Translations under genes and position numbers: made by a program | Notes under the pieces: model-generated | What the model was told of the DNA's origin: nothing | What the model saw: the letters and a program-made list of their open reading frames with translations, nothing else | Database searches by the model: none | Shown here: piece after piece, positions 13,261 through 26,282 of the stretch | Layout of the letters: every line of letters starts with the position of its first letter | Position numbering within the stretch: the first letter of the stretch is position 1 | Source of the DNA: Mobula hypostoma | Taxonomy: Eukaryota | DNA: 64,000 nucleotides | Assembly (NCBI RefSeq): GCF_963921235.1 | Contig: NC_086108.1 | Location: forward strand, 107,634,001-107,698,000 | Reading direction: 5' to 3'

Positions 13261-13860
13261 AGTCATAGTCATACTTTATTGATCCCGGGGGAAATTGGTT
13301 TTCGTTACAGTTGCACCATAAATAATAAATAGTAATAGAACCATAAATAGTTAAATAGTAATTTAACAGTAATTTAAATTATGCCAGAAAATAAGTCCAG
13401 GACCAGCCTATCGGCTCAGGGTGTCTGACCCTCCAAGGGAGGAGTTGTAAAGTTTGATGGTCACAGGCAGGAATGACTTCCTATGACGCTCTGTGTTGCA
13501 TCTCGGTGGAATGAGTCTCTGGCTGAATGTACTCCTGTGCCCACCCAGTACATTATGTAGTGGATGGGAGACATTGTCCAAGATGGCATGCAACTTAGAC
13601 AGCATCCTCTTTCCAGACACCACCGTCAGAGAGTCCAGTTCCTTCCCCACAACATCACTGGCCTTACGAATGAGTTTGTTGATTCTGTTGGTGTCTGCTA
13701 CCCTCAGCCTGCTGCCCCAGCACACAACAGCAAACATGATAGCACTGGCCACCACAGACTCGTGGAACATTCTCAGCATCGTCCGGCAGATGTTAAAGGA
13801 CCTCAGCCTCCTCAGGAAATAGAGAAGGCTCTGACCCTTCTTGTCGACAGCCTCAGTGTT
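13261..13860 (-). mobile_element. Rex1/Babar LINE 3' end (young)
   Basis: ORF 13408-13779 (FHESVVASAIMFAVVCWG...SHPLH...TERHRKSFLPVTIKLYN), AATAAA, and a (TATGAC)n tail. Confidence 0.9.
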
Positions 13861-14387
13861 CTCACGGTACTGGGAGTATGGTGGTGTTGAACGCTGAGTT
13901 CTATGAGAATAGGAAAGACAAGCAGACGTAGAATATTCATCTGCTCTTTTTATACTGTGGGACGGTTATAGGGAGAGGGTGGGCAGGCTATGTTATTCAT
14001 AGAAGTGTGTAAAATCATGAGGGGTGTAGATAGAGTGAATGCGCCCAGCCTTGTTCTTCTAGAAAGGGCATCAAAACGAGAGGGTATAGGTTTAAAGTAA
14101 GGGGAGAAACCCGAGGACTGGTACGAGTGTGGAATGAGCTGAAAGAGGAAGAACTGAATGCAGCCTCATTTGTAACGTTTAAGAGAAGTTTGGATAGGTA
14201 CATGGATGGGAAGGGTTTTGAGGGATGTGGTGAATGTGTAGGTAGATGGGACTTAGCAGAAAAACATGAGTGAAGGGCTTGTTTCTGTGCTCCATAACTT
14301 CAGCTTGGGATACTTGGTGAATAAGCTGAATCACGTTTGATATCACCGGAATATGTCATGAAATTTGTGGCAACAGTACATTGCAAT

Positions 14388-15444
14388 GTCATGGCTTGGC
14401 TTCGCGAACGAAGATTTAGGAATGGGGCTGCCCACATCTGCTGCAGGCTTGTTGGTGGCTGACGAGGCCAATACGGGACAGGCAGGTCCGGCCACAGCGG
14501 CTGCAAGGGAAATTCTGTTCTGGGTTTGGTGCTGCTGTGTTACGGTTCTTCCTCCTTCTCCTTTTGACCTCAATGCCAGCCCTGCGTGTGTAGGCAGGTG
14601 TGTACCTTTTTTGTTGTTGTTCGACCACATTTGAGGACGCCTGTTGACCGCGGCTAGCCAGCTGGGGGAAGTGGAGACGAGCTTTGGTTAGGCCATCTTT
14701 TCTAGGCCCCTCTCCGTGTGGAGCAAGCCGTGCTGTCCCTAGAGAAGGCTGCTTGGTCGTTCAGGGTGCTGCCGAATGATACCGTTGTCTCCGGGGTCAA
14801 CATTAGATGACCCGTACACCTGAACCGCCTGCATGCAGGATCCGAACTGCAGCTTCCAGTGTCATCTTCCTCCTGCCGTTTTCGCCCCTTTCCCATCGCT
14901 GTAGGGCTTGATGAATGGTCAGGGAGGATGGCCATAGACGTGGGCGTGTCCTTCAGCCTGCGCAATGGTATTTTAGGTGGAGTGCAGTGTGCACGGTACT
15001 GGCCCCACCCTTTACACCCGGGGTTCATCTGCCATAGCCTAGCAAGCTGGGACGGTGACGGCGATGTCCTTGGGTCGTAGGAGTTATGTCGAAGTATCCT
15101 TCTCCGAGGTGGATGGCCTGACAAGGTTAACGAGCCCCACCTGCCCGGGTTTGGATTCAGAGTTGTCCCTCTCTTAGGCTGACTGCCAACCAAGGCTAAC
15201 GAGCCCAGCCTACCCATCCAGTTATACCGCCGGACACCCGGTCGCGCCATGACGTAGCAAGCTCGCTGGAAATGGGGGGCACATTCGAGAAGGTGTTGCT
15301 ACGGACGCAGTAATGTAGGAGAGGCCAGACAGTGACCACGTGCTGAGCACTGCACCGGGAAAGGAGAGGAGAGGCGATGTATTGCGTGTACACTTCCCCA
15401 GGGTGAGCGGGACGTCAGGCCCAGACCTCACCAGCACCCCCCCC
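14388..15444 (-). mobile_element. internally deleted RTE element (5' UTR fused to C-terminal zinc finger and 3' end)
   Basis: ORF 14416-14628 FPCSRCGRTCLSRIGLVSHQQAC (RTE-type C2HC); duplicated RTE 5'-UTR motif near 15090-15215; short TSD GCAAT (14383-14387 / 15445-15449). Confidence 0.8.
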
Positions 15445-16464
15445 GCAATAGATAATAATAAAAACCTAAAAATTGCTATAAGAAATATATACAAAATTAA
15501 GTTAAATAAGTAGCACAAAAAGAGAGAGAAAAAGAAAAAAATACTGAGGTAGTGTCCCACAACGAGATCGGATGGCAGAGGGGAAAAGCTGTTCTTGCAT
15601 CGTTGAGTTTGTGCCTTCAGGCTTCTGTGCTTCCTTCCTGGTGAGAGGAGGGAATGTGGGTGGTGGCGGTCCTTATTGATGGATGCTGTCTTTCTGAGGC
15701 ATCACCTTTTAGATGTGCTTGATGCTGGGGATGCTAGTGCCCATGCTGAAGCTGGCTGGCTGAGCACGCAACCTTCTTGCTCTTTTTCAGAACGTGTCTG
15801 AGAATGTCCAATGACTGAACAGTTGGAACGTCTGTGTTTGATATCTCATTCGGATTGTGCAGCTTTTGACAAAGCAGTGCTTTGAGATACGACGTTAAGC
15901 TCCAGTGTGTGCTCACATCCCAGAGGGGGCAGTTAACACCAAATCCTGCCAGTTTGGGAGGGGTTTAGACTATTACCAGCTGGTCTCTCAGGAGTTTAAC
16001 TCCCCATCTCAACTGTTCACTCAGAGTATTATGTATGAAGTCTCAGTGTTTGAAATTACACAACTGACAAGTCACATAAATCCCTGCCTAGTTCTTTTCC
16101 ATAATCCAATGAATATTTCTTCTGAAGTATGTAGCCAATGCCATTTGTCAGGCTTCTAATTGAATCTGCTTCTGCAAGTGCGTCGTTTATAACTACACAA
16201 TGTGGAAGTTTTATTTCCCTTTATATTACCCCCTTGTTTCTGTCGACAATTATCTTAAATCTCTATCTGGTTACCATCCCTCTTGGCAACACTTCACTTT
16301 ACCATTAGAAAAAAGGAAAGCCCTTAATTTAAGTGTAAACCTTCTCTGATTGGAGATCTATCCCAGCCAACAGCTTACCCACAAAATACCAGCCTCCCCG
16401 CCCCACCCTTGCCTCCATCAAAGTAAAACAGGAGACAAATTCTGGCATAGAAGCTTGGCTCAAA

Positions 16465-17152
16465 TGTTTCTTTATCTTTTTCTTTTTTTCTCTCGCCTCT
16501 CTCTCTCTCTCCGCCCCCCCTTTCTCTCTGCTGTCTCTCTCATTTACCCCTCACACTCCTCTCTTCCTCTACCTCTCTGTCTCTCTTTCTCTTCCTATCC
16601 CTTCTCCCTTCTCTCACTCTACCACTCTCTCTCCTCACCTTCCACCTTTCCTCTACCTCTTTCTCTTCGCACCCCCACTTTCTCTTTCTGCCTCTCTGTA
16701 TTCCCTACCATCTTCTCTGTCCTGTCTTTCACTGTCTCTCCCTCTCCCACTCTCTCTTGCACTCTCTGTTCTCTCTCTTGCTCTTCTTTACCCCCCCATC
16801 CTCCTCTCTTCTTCTACTTTTATCTGTATCTTTCTTGCTGTCTCTCTATCCCCCTCTTCCCACCTCTTACTTTCCCCCTTACCCTCCCCTTCCTCTACTA
16901 CTGTCCTTCTCCCCCTCTCTTTCTCTGTCTCTCTCTTTCCTTTTCCCGCTCATTCTCCCTCTGCCTGTCTCTTTGTCTATGTTTATCTTTCTCTCTGTCT
17001 CTCTCTATTCCCCCTCACATCCCCCCTCCCTGTCTCTGTCTCTCCTTTTTCCTCTCCCCTTCCCTCTTCCATTACTTCTCGCTCTATTTTTCCCTATCCT
17101 CCTTCTCTTGCTTCCCCTCTCCCTTTCCTTCCCTCTCCCTTTCTCTTTCTAC
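16465..17152. repeat. CT-rich low-complexity polypyrimidine tract
   Basis: about 690 bp of almost purely C/T on the plus strand. Confidence 0.95.
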
Positions 17153-17462
17153 TGAATCAGTTTGTGTATCAGTATTTTAATTTCAGATTAGCAAGCTTTC
17201 TTGTCTTTTGCTATCTTACATTCTCAACTTCACTTCAACGATTACACGGAGAGAGAGATCCCATGTCGAGCTCATTTTGGCACAAGTGCCCGTCCTCCAG
17301 TCAGGAGCTGATAAGTGGATGTGTAATGTGTGATTTCTCATAAGAAACTGCAAATGACACAGTAATCCATTTTGGTCCTCAAGTCTCCTGGGTTTTTTTT
17401 GGTGCACAGATAATTGTTAAGGCTTTGAAACAAATCTAAGTGTGGAGCGGGTGAGAGTGAGA

Positions 17463-17500
<38 letters not shown>

Positions 17501-17506
17501 ATAAAG

Positions 17507-17666
17507 ACACACATCAAAGTTGCTGGTGCCCCTGACGAAGGGTCTCGGCCTGAAACGCCGACTGTACCTCTTCCTGGAGATGCTGCCTGGCCTGCTGTGT
17601 TCACCAGCAACTTTGATGTGTGTTGCTTGAATTTCCAGCATCTGCAGAATTCCTGTTGTTTGCGTG
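17507..17666 (+). mobile_element. Penelope-like insertion with short inverted arm and hammerhead motif
   Basis: 17507-17528 is an inverted copy of about 17602-17623; CTGACGA-AGGGTCTCGGCCT-GAAAC at 17532; TSD ATGAAAATA[A/G]AG (17495-17506 / 17667-17678). Confidence 0.85.
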
Positions 17667-18034
17667 ATGAAAATAGAGAGACAGGGGAGAGAGAGGGATG
17701 CATAGAACATAGAATATTACAGTATAGTACAGGCCCTTCAGCCCCTGATGTTCTGCCGATCTTTTAATCTACCGTAAGATTAATCTAAACCTTTCCTCTT
17801 GCATAACCCACCATTTTTCTTTCATCCATCTGTCTGTTTAAGAGTTTCTTAAGTGTTTTTAATGTATCTGCCTCTACCACCACCCACCACTCTCTGTGTA
17901 AAGAAACCTCTAACATCACCCCCCCCCTAAACTTTCCTCCAATCACCTTAAAATTGTGCCCCCTTGTATTAGCTATTTTTGTCCTTGGAAAAAATCTCTG
18001 TCTGTCCACTCGATCTATGACTCTTATCATCTTG

Positions 18035-18290
18035 TAGAGAGATATAGACAGAGAGAGAGAGAAAGAGAGGGAGAGAGAGAGAAAGACAGAGTGAGCTAGA
18101 GAGGCGGAGAAAGCAGAGAAAGAGACAGACAGGGACAGAGAGAGAGAAAGAGGAAAAGAGAGACAGAGAGTAAGCAAGAGAAAAAGAGATAGAGTGAGCT
18201 AGAGAGACAGACGTATAAGGACCGAGAGACAGAGACAGAGAGAAAGAGAGAAAGATTGCTCAGTTCAAACATGGCAGAGAGAGAGAGAAG
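18035..18290. repeat. GA-rich low-complexity tract
   Basis: direct inspection. Confidence 0.9.
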
Positions 18291-18724
18291 CGATTTCTTG
18301 ACCTAAGATGTTGACTGTGTATTCCTTTCTATAGAAGCTGCCTGACCTGCTGAGCTCCTCCATCATTTTGTGCATGTTACTCTGTAAGCGAGAAAGAGAG
18401 AGGAGGGGGAGAGAGAAAGAAAGAGGGAGAAACATGTACATATGGTCAGAGATAAAGATGTTTATGCTTTGGTTTACAATTGTCACCTTAAGTTATTCAG
18501 AAGGACCAAATGTGCAGAGAGAGATAAGTACTCAGAGGCTGGATGAAAGGAATCCGGGTTAACAGGGCATTTATTCCGGTGCGTGTCCATTAGATTCCAC
18601 TAATCAGCTGGCGATACACATGTCTGCCCCGGATTTTAGTGTGGCCAATTCACCTCATGCTGGAGACCACTGCAGTGTGGCCTTCCTTTGAATTTTAGAA
18701 TGGGGGGTGGTTGGGGGTGGGAGG

Positions 18725-20835
18725 GAATTTCTGGCTGAGAAATTCCTCCTCATTTCCATTCTAAAAGGATGCCCCTCTGTTCTGAGGTTGTGTCCAATGG
18801 TCTTAGGCTCTCCCATCATAGGAAACATTCTTTCCACATCCACTCTATCAAGTCCTTTCATCATTTGATAGGTTTCAATGAGGTCACCCTTCATTCTTCT
18901 GAATTCGAGTGAATACAAGCCCAGAGCCATCGAATGTTCTTCATATGACAAACCATTCAATCCGAGAATCATTTTTGTGAATGTCCTTTGAACCCTCTCC
19001 AGTTTCAGCACATCCTTTCTAAAGTAAGGGGCCCGAAACTGCTCACAATACTCCCAAGTGAGGCATCACTTTCAAATGCCTCCAGATGAGGCATTAGTGC
19101 TTTATAAACTCTCAGCTTTGCTTTTCCATTCTAGTCTTCTTGAAAAGGATGTTAACATTGCATTTATCTTCCTCACCACAGACTCAATCTGCAAATTAAC
19201 CTTTAGGGAATTCTGCACAAGGACTCACAAGTCCCTTTGTACCTCAGGTTTTTGTATTTTCTCTCCATTTAAAATTTAGTCAACCTTTTTATTTCTTCCT
19301 CCTCAGTACATGACCATACACTGCTGAACACTGTATTCCATCTGCCATTTCTTTGCCCATTCTCCCAATCTGTCCTTCTGTCGCCTCTCTACTTCCTCAA
19401 AACTACCTGCCCCTCCACCTGTCTTCTTAACGTCTGAAAACTTTGCAACAAAGCCATCAATTCCAGCATCCAACTCAGTTACATATAATGTAGAAAGAAT
19501 TAGTCTCAACACAGGACCCCTGTGGAACACCACTAGTCACTGGCAGCCAACCAGAAAAGTCTCCATTCGTTCCCACTCTTTGCCTCCTGCTAAGCAGCCA
19601 CTGCTTTATCTTCCCTGTAATACCATGGGCTCGCAGCTCGTTAAGAAGCCTCATAAAGGCGGGAGGAGAAGATGGCAGCGCACCGCGAGTGCGCAGCTCT
19701 CCGGTGAAAAATGATGTTGTATCTGTTAAATAGGGGCCGTGGACAATTCTGATTTGATGGAGAGTGGACGTGAAAGCACAGAGGAACATCTGGAGAAATT
19801 TCTGAAACGCTCGTTCGCTGCTGCCGTTACTGCGCGGTCGGAAATCTTTCGGAGGGTAGGCCTCAAAATCCCCGACCTTGCCTGCTTTTGGCAACCGAGA
19901 TTGAGGTCGAATTGCTCGGACAGAGATGGCGCTCAGTACTCGGTGTCGGAGAGCTGATCAGAGCTCGAAGTTTTCGGATGACTCAGAGTCGGATTGTGGT
20001 CGGCATGGCAGGGAGAGTTTTTCTTCCTTCTCCCGTCTGCGTGAGATGTGGGACATTTGAGAAACCTTGAACTTTACTGTGCTCACTGACTATTCTTCAT
20101 CAAGTTATGGTATTGTTACACTGTTGTAACTATATGTTATAATTACGTGGTTTTGTCAGTTTTGTCAGTTTTTTCAGTCTTGGTTTGTCCTGTGTTTTGT
20201 GATATCACACCGGAGGAAATAATGTATCATTTCTTAATGCATGCATTGCTAAATGACAATAAAAGGGGACTACGTATCTTCATAATCAAAATGTGTGGCA
20301 CCTTGTCAAAGGCCTTCTGGAAATCCAAATATACAGCATCAATCAATTCTCCTTTGTCTATCATGCTTGTTATTTCTTCAAAGAATTCGAACAGATTTGT
20401 CGGGCAAGATTTTCCCTTGAGGAAACCATGCTGACTACGACCTGTTTTATCATTGCCTGCAAGTACCCTGAGATCACATCCTTAATAACCGAATCCCAAT
20501 ATCTTCGCAGCCACTGAGGTCAGACTAACTGACCTATAGTTTCCTCTCTTCTGCTTCTCTCCCTTCCTGAAGAGTGGAGTGACATTTATAACTTTCCAAT
20601 CTTCCGGAACCATTCCAGAATCTAGTGATCCTTGAAAGATCATTACCAACGCTTCCACAATCTCTTCAGTCAGCTCTTTCAGAACACTAGTGTGTACACC
20701 ATCTGGTCCAGGTGACTTATCTACCTTCAGATCTTTCAGTTTCCCAAGACCCTTCGCTCTATAAATGTAATTTCAAACACTTCATGATACCTGACATCTG
20801 AAGCTTCCACCATACTGCTAGTGTCTTCCACAAGC
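18725..20835 (-). mobile_element. degenerate CR1 LINE interrupted by a younger insertion
   Basis: LGLYSLEFRRMKGDLIETY, GFVAKFSD and WLPVTSGVPQGS motifs; RT sequence resumes after 20290. Confidence 0.9.
19657..20290 (+). mobile_element. non-autonomous LINE derivative nested in CR1
   Basis: starts GGAGAAGATGGC and is CpG-rich; tail GACAATAAAAGGGGACT...CATAATC; splits the CR1 at CCTCAT|GTGTGGCACC; paralog of 10540-11090. Confidence 0.8.
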
Positions 20836-21749
20836 AGAATTGAGAGTCCTTGATTCTTCAGTTTCAGATGACACACTTAAACTTATTATAAACATGATCG
20901 TATATTCTATTTTGACTTCCACGTGCTTGCAATGCTGTAATTTTAATGAAAAGAGCATTCCGAAGCTGCTTAGTACATTTGTAGTGCTTCTTTACACAAG
21001 GATTTAAAAACCTCCTGCCAAATAACTTTTTGTCGTATTACCTCGACTAAATATTTTATGACCTTATGGACCAAAAGCCGCAAAGGTCAGCGTGTCGTGC
21101 ATTATGAAATGCAGTCTATATTTAACCCTTCAAATGCAGTAAATCTGTCACATTGAAGCAGAGGAACAGCTTCTCTTTCCCTCCCCCACCCCTCCTTCCT
21201 CCCCCCCTCTCTCTCCCTCCCTCCCCCTTTCTCTCTCTTCTCTTTCTGCCACCTCTCTATCACTTTCTGTTCTCTCCCTTTGTGCCTCTTCTCTTTTTCT
21301 TTCTATCTCTTCTCTCTAATTCTTTCTCCCACTCTTTCTTTATCGGAATCATGTTTAACATCATCAGCATATGTCATGAAATCTGTTGTTTGGCAGCAGC
21401 AGATTGCAATACATAATAATAAAAGCTAGAATTTACAATGAGAAATATATATGAAAAAAGAAAATTAAATTAAATAAATACTGCAAAAAGAGAGGACTAA
21501 ATGCTGACACTGTGTTCATGGGTTTATTGTCCATTCACAAATCTGACGGCGGAGGTGAAAAAGCTGCCCCTGAAACATTAAATGTGTGCCCTCTGGCTCC
21601 TGTACCTCCTCTTTGATGGTAACAATGAGAAGAGGGCATATCCTGGAAAATGGGGGTCCTTAATGATGGATGCTGCCTTTTTGAGGTATCACCTTTTGAA
21701 GGTGTTCTGGATGCTGGGGAGGCTGGTGCCCATGATGGAACTGGCTTCA

Positions 21750-22115
21750 CACATGAGGCTGCTGAACAAGATAAAATCCTATGGCGTTACAGGAAAGATA
21801 CTGGCATGGAAAGAGGAATAACTGACAGGCAGGAGGCAGTGAGTGGGAATAGAAGGGGCCTTTTCTGATTTGCTGCCAGTGACTCGTGGTGTTCCTCAGG
21901 GGTCAGTATTGGGACCGCTACTTTTCACGTTGTTTGTCAGTGATTTGGATAACAGAACTGATGGCTTTGTGGCAAAGTTTGCGGATGATATAAAGATAGC
22001 TGGAAGGGTAGGTAGTGCTGAGGAAGCAATGTGATTGCAGCAGGACTTAGACAAATTGGAAGAATGGACAAAAAGTGGCAGATGGAATACGGTGTTGGAA
22101 AATGTATGATAATGG
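21750..22115 (+). mobile_element. CR1 RT fragment
   Basis: GVPQGSVLGPLLF...FVAKFADDIK. Confidence 0.9.
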
Positions 22116-22740
22116 CCCAATGAGTCTGCTCTACCATCTCATTATGGCTGATTCATTTCCCTCTCAGCCCTAATCTCCTGCCTTCTCCCCATATCCCTTC
22201 ATGCCTTGATCAGTCTAGAATCTATCAAACTCTGCCTTACATATACATAAAGACTTGGCCTTCACAGCTACTTGTAGCAAAGAATGCCACAGATTCACCA
22301 CTCTCTGTCTAAAGAAATCCCTCCTCATCTCCGTTCTAAAAGGATGCCCCTCTGTTCAGAGGCTGTGTCCTCTGGTCTTAGACGCTCCATCTGGAGGAAA
22401 TGTCCTCCCCATATCCACTCTCTGAGGCCTTTGACTATTCAATACCTCATTCTTCTGAATTCTAGTGAATACAGGGCCAGAGCCAACAAACGCTTTTGAT
22501 ATGACAAGCCATTCTATCCTGGAATCATTTTTGTGAACCTTCTTTGAACCCTCTCCAGTTTCAACAGCACTAAGTTGACCAAAACTGCTCACAGAAACTC
22601 CAAGTGAGGCCTCACCAATGCTTTACAAAGTCTCAACGTTATATCCTTGCTTTTACATTCTAGTCCTCTTGAAGTGAATGCTAATACCACCTGTCACTTC
22701 TTTGCCCATTCTCCTAATCTGTCTAAGTCCTTCAATAGCT
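22115..22740 (-). mobile_element. CR1 3' fragment, opposite orientation to the adjacent RT fragment
   Basis: similarity to other CR1 3' ends in the window. Confidence 0.8.
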
Positions 22741-22754
22741 TCGCTACTTTCTCA

Positions 22755-24015
22755 AGAAGTTTCAGGCACAAGCAGCAGTCCAAGACACAGCCAGGCACAT
22801 CGTAAAGTGGAGAAGATGCAAGGACGTAAGCCGTTGGTGAAATGGCCAAAGTCTAACAGCAAGGAGTGGGAAGCCATCATTGCAGATGTGAGCCTGATCT
22901 TAAGTGGCATCAAGGGATCAGCAGAAAAGAAGTTGGAGAGGATGGGTGACCTGATCTACAGCTATGGAAAGGAGAAATTTGGAGTAAAGGGACAAGTCAG
23001 CAGGAAAGATATGCCTCCTCAGCTTATCTCGGCTAAGTTTTGTCATCAGAGCCACTTATGACATCCTACCCACACCCCAGAACCTGAACCAGTGGTGGAG
23101 AGAAGACCCCGCTTGCTTTCTTTATCAAGCACCTGCATCACTAAGGCACATTTTAACAGGATGCACCACAAGTCTCACCCAAGGGCGGTACACTTGGCGG
23201 TATAACCAAGTTATCAGACAACTGGCATCAACCTTGGAACAGGGGCCAATCACCACAAATACTCTCCCACAAACATTGGCAGGAAATGTCCACATCACAC
23301 GATTTGTACCAGCAGGCCAACCTCCAGAGCATCATGTAACATCAAAAGATGTAAGCATTCTGCAGGTTGCTTGGGATTAGAAAGTGGACGTGGACTTGGA
23401 AAAAAAGTTTGTGTTTCCCCCAGACATTGCGGCTACAACACTGAGGCCATACATGGTCCTGTGGTCCACAACAGCCAAGCTGGCATATGTTGTGGAATTG
23501 AAGATGGTGTCGAAGAAGCTTATGAGAGGAAAAAGACCAAGTACTCTGAACTGGCAACTGAAGCTGCCCAGAATGGCTGGAAGACCAAGATTTTCCCTGT
23601 AGAAGTGGGATGCAAGGGATTCGTTGCTACATCTACGACCAGTCTATTGAAGATGGGGGTGAGGGGTCACTCCCTCCAACAAGCAATCAAGTCCTTGTCA
23701 AACGCAGCAGAAGAAAGCAGCAACTGGATTTGGATTAAAAGGAAAGACAACAACTGGGCTGCAAGATGAAGACAGGAGGGTATGGAACTGAGGGGGGTGT
23801 ATCTGGGACGCCAGGTAGCACCGTTGAACCCTCTGGAGATGTCGTGGGCTTATAAACAAAATGTTAAAGAAGGAGGGTGCCCACCTGATGACCCCAATGA
23901 CATACCTACCCTCCTTCCTTGTCACCACTCCAAGCCCACTGCCAACATCGAGAGTGCCAACTTACCATAGGGACTGAAACATCAAGTCCTAGTAGCTCTA
24001 CTACTCGATCATCGT
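22755..24015 (+). mobile_element. Hero-like non-LTR retrotransposon with restriction-like endonuclease, RT deleted
   Basis: N-terminal VKWPKSNSKEWE...YSYGKEKFGV; YDILPTPQNL and GRYTWRYNQV around the zinc knuckle; REL motifs LRPxMVLWS...VEL, EEAYERKKTKYSEL...GWKTKIFPVEVGCKGF. Confidence 0.85.
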
Positions 24016-24017
24016 CC

Positions 24018-24720
24018 CCTATGATCCTCTTGGCAGTTCTTACAGTCCTTTGTAGGGACTTCTGGTCCGATGCTGTGCTGTTCCCATACCAGATGGAGAT
24101 GCAACTTGTCAAGACGCTCTCAATGGTGCTTATGTAAAATTCAGTTAAGACTGAGAGGAGCGTAGAGTCACATTTGCCTCAGTCTCCTTAGGAAGTGGAG
24201 GCGCTTCTGTGCTTTCTTATTCAGGAAGGTAATATTGAGGGACCGGATGAGGCCATCCATGATGAAAACTCTCAGGAACTTGATGCACTTATCTCTCTCA
24301 GAAGGAGCCATGTATTCGCAGAGCGGGATGGTTGATCTGCACCTTCCTAAAGTCCCCAATGGTTCCCTTTATCTTCTCCACGTTCCAACTTAGGTTGTTG
24401 TTCTCACACCAACCCACCACCTGTTCCACTTACTCTCTGCACGCCATCTCATCATGGTTGTTGATGAGGCCAACCACTGTTGTGTCATCCACAAACCTGA
24501 TGAGACAGTTTGAGCTGAATCCTGTGACACAGTCATGCATCAGCAGTGTGAACAGCAGCGGGTGAGCACACAGCCCTGGGGAGCACCAGTGTTCAGCGTA
24601 ATGGGACTAGAGACGTTGCTGCACACGCAGACTGACTCCGGCCCTTCTGTTAAGAAGCCCAGGATCCAGTTATGGAGGGAGGTGTTGAGACCCAGAGAGG
24701 ACAGTTTCTCCAGTAGTTGT
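24018..24720 (-). mobile_element. Rex1/Babar RT fragment
   Basis: [37 protein letters not shown]. Confidence 0.9.
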
Positions 24721-24749
24721 ATTGTCGGCAAATTTATAGATTTAGGGAG

Positions 24750-25392
24750 TTCTCCATCTCTATCTCTCCTTCTCCCTCTCTCCCTCCTCTTTTCCCTCCC
24801 CTCCTTCTTCCCTTTCCCCTCTCCCTCCCCTCTCCCTCCACATCTCCCTCTCCCTCCCTCCCCCTCTCTCCCTCTTCCTCTCCCTCTCTCCCTTTTCCTC
24901 TCCTTCCCCCATCTCCCTCTCTCTCACCCCTCTCTCTCCCTCCCCATCTCCCTCTCCCCCTCTTCCTCCCCTTCCCCGTCTCTCTCTCTCTCTCTCTCTC
25001 TCACCCCTCTCTCTCTCTCTCCCTCCCCATCTCCCTCTCCCTCCCTCCCTTCCCCTCTCCCTCTCCCTCCCTCCCTCCCCTCTCCCTTTCCCCCTCTTCC
25101 TCCCCTTCCCCGTCTCCCTCTCTCTCACCCCTGTCCCTCTCTCCCCCTCTCCCTCTCTCTCCCCTTCTCCTTCTCTCTCCCTCCCCATCTCCCTCTCCCC
25201 CTCTTCCTCCCCTTCCCCCTGTCTCTCTCTCTCTCTCTCTCTCACCCCTCTCTCTCTCTCTCCCCTCTCCCTCTCACTCCCTCCCTCCCCTCTCCCTTTC
25301 CCCCTCTTCCTCCCCTTCCCCGTCTCCCTCTCTCTCACCCCTGTCCCTCTCGCCCCCTCTCCCTCTCTCCATTTCCCCCTCTCCCCCTCTTT
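24750..25392. repeat. CT-rich tract with internal duplication
   Basis: about 640 bp polypyrimidine; about 70-bp block repeated at about 25069-25140 and 25279-25350. Confidence 0.95.
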
Positions 25393-25802
25393 CGTTCACA
25401 GTATGTGGAGGCCACTTTGCGATGTAAATCTGATCGTTTATTATGCTTTCAAGAAATCAAAACAAATTCCACAAAGAAAGATCTGTAACAATGCCACTTA
25501 GAATGCCATTTTGAAGAAGGAGTTTGTGAGATGTGGTGTTGGTGGAGGTACCTGGACAGTTACCCATAGGCATGGACTAACAATACATTCAGCATAGTTA
25601 CATAGAACACAGCCATGAGAAAGTTGCATTTATCATTAAAGAACCCGCCATTCTTGCTATACCCTGTTCTCAGTACTACCATTGGTCAGGATGTACAGGA
25701 TCCTGAACCGACATGGATAACTTCAATCACCACTACTACGAACTGATTCTATGCCTTACAAACTCATGGACTCATTACAACCCATGTTTTTGGTGTTTTT
25801 TT

Positions 25803-26282
25803 ACACACATTGCCCACGTTATTAGGTACTGAGTTGAACCCAGTGTGTTCTTCTGCACATCACTGTTGTAACAGGTGTTTATTTGAATTATTGCTGCCTT
25901 TCTATCTGCTTGAGCTGGTCTGGCTATTCTCCCCTGACCTCTGTCATTAACAAGGCATTTTCACCATCACTAGATTTTTTTTGTTTTTTTTACACTGTTC
26001 TCTGCAGAGACTAGATACTGTTATCTGTGAAAATCCCAGGAGATCAGCAGTTTCCCCAGATACTCAAACCACCCCATCTGGTACCATCAATCCTTCCACA
26101 GTTAAAGTCACTGAGATCACGTTTCTTCCCCATTCTGATGTTTGGTCTGGAGGACAGCTGAACCTCTTGACCATGTTGCATGTTTTTATGTTTCGAGTAG
26201 CTACCAAATGATTGGCTGATTGGGTATTTACATTAACATATGGGTGTACAGTTGTACCTAATAAAGTGGCCACTGAGAGTAT
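25803..26282 (-). mobile_element. Tc1-like non-autonomous DNA transposon
   Basis: terminus CCTAATAAAGTGGCCACTGAG; homologous to the transposase-HTH-bearing copy at 32235-32682. Confidence 0.75.

Noticed and set aside
16350..17180. 276-aa ORF
   Set aside because: Translation of a CT-rich microsatellite tract.
24535..25488. 317-aa and 236-aa Pro/Ser/Leu-rich ORFs
   Set aside because: Low-complexity tract plus antisense Rex1 sequence.
25401..25547. possible exon after polypyrimidine tract (CACAG...GAG|GTACCT)
   Set aside because: All three frames contain stops, and the tract is a microsatellite.
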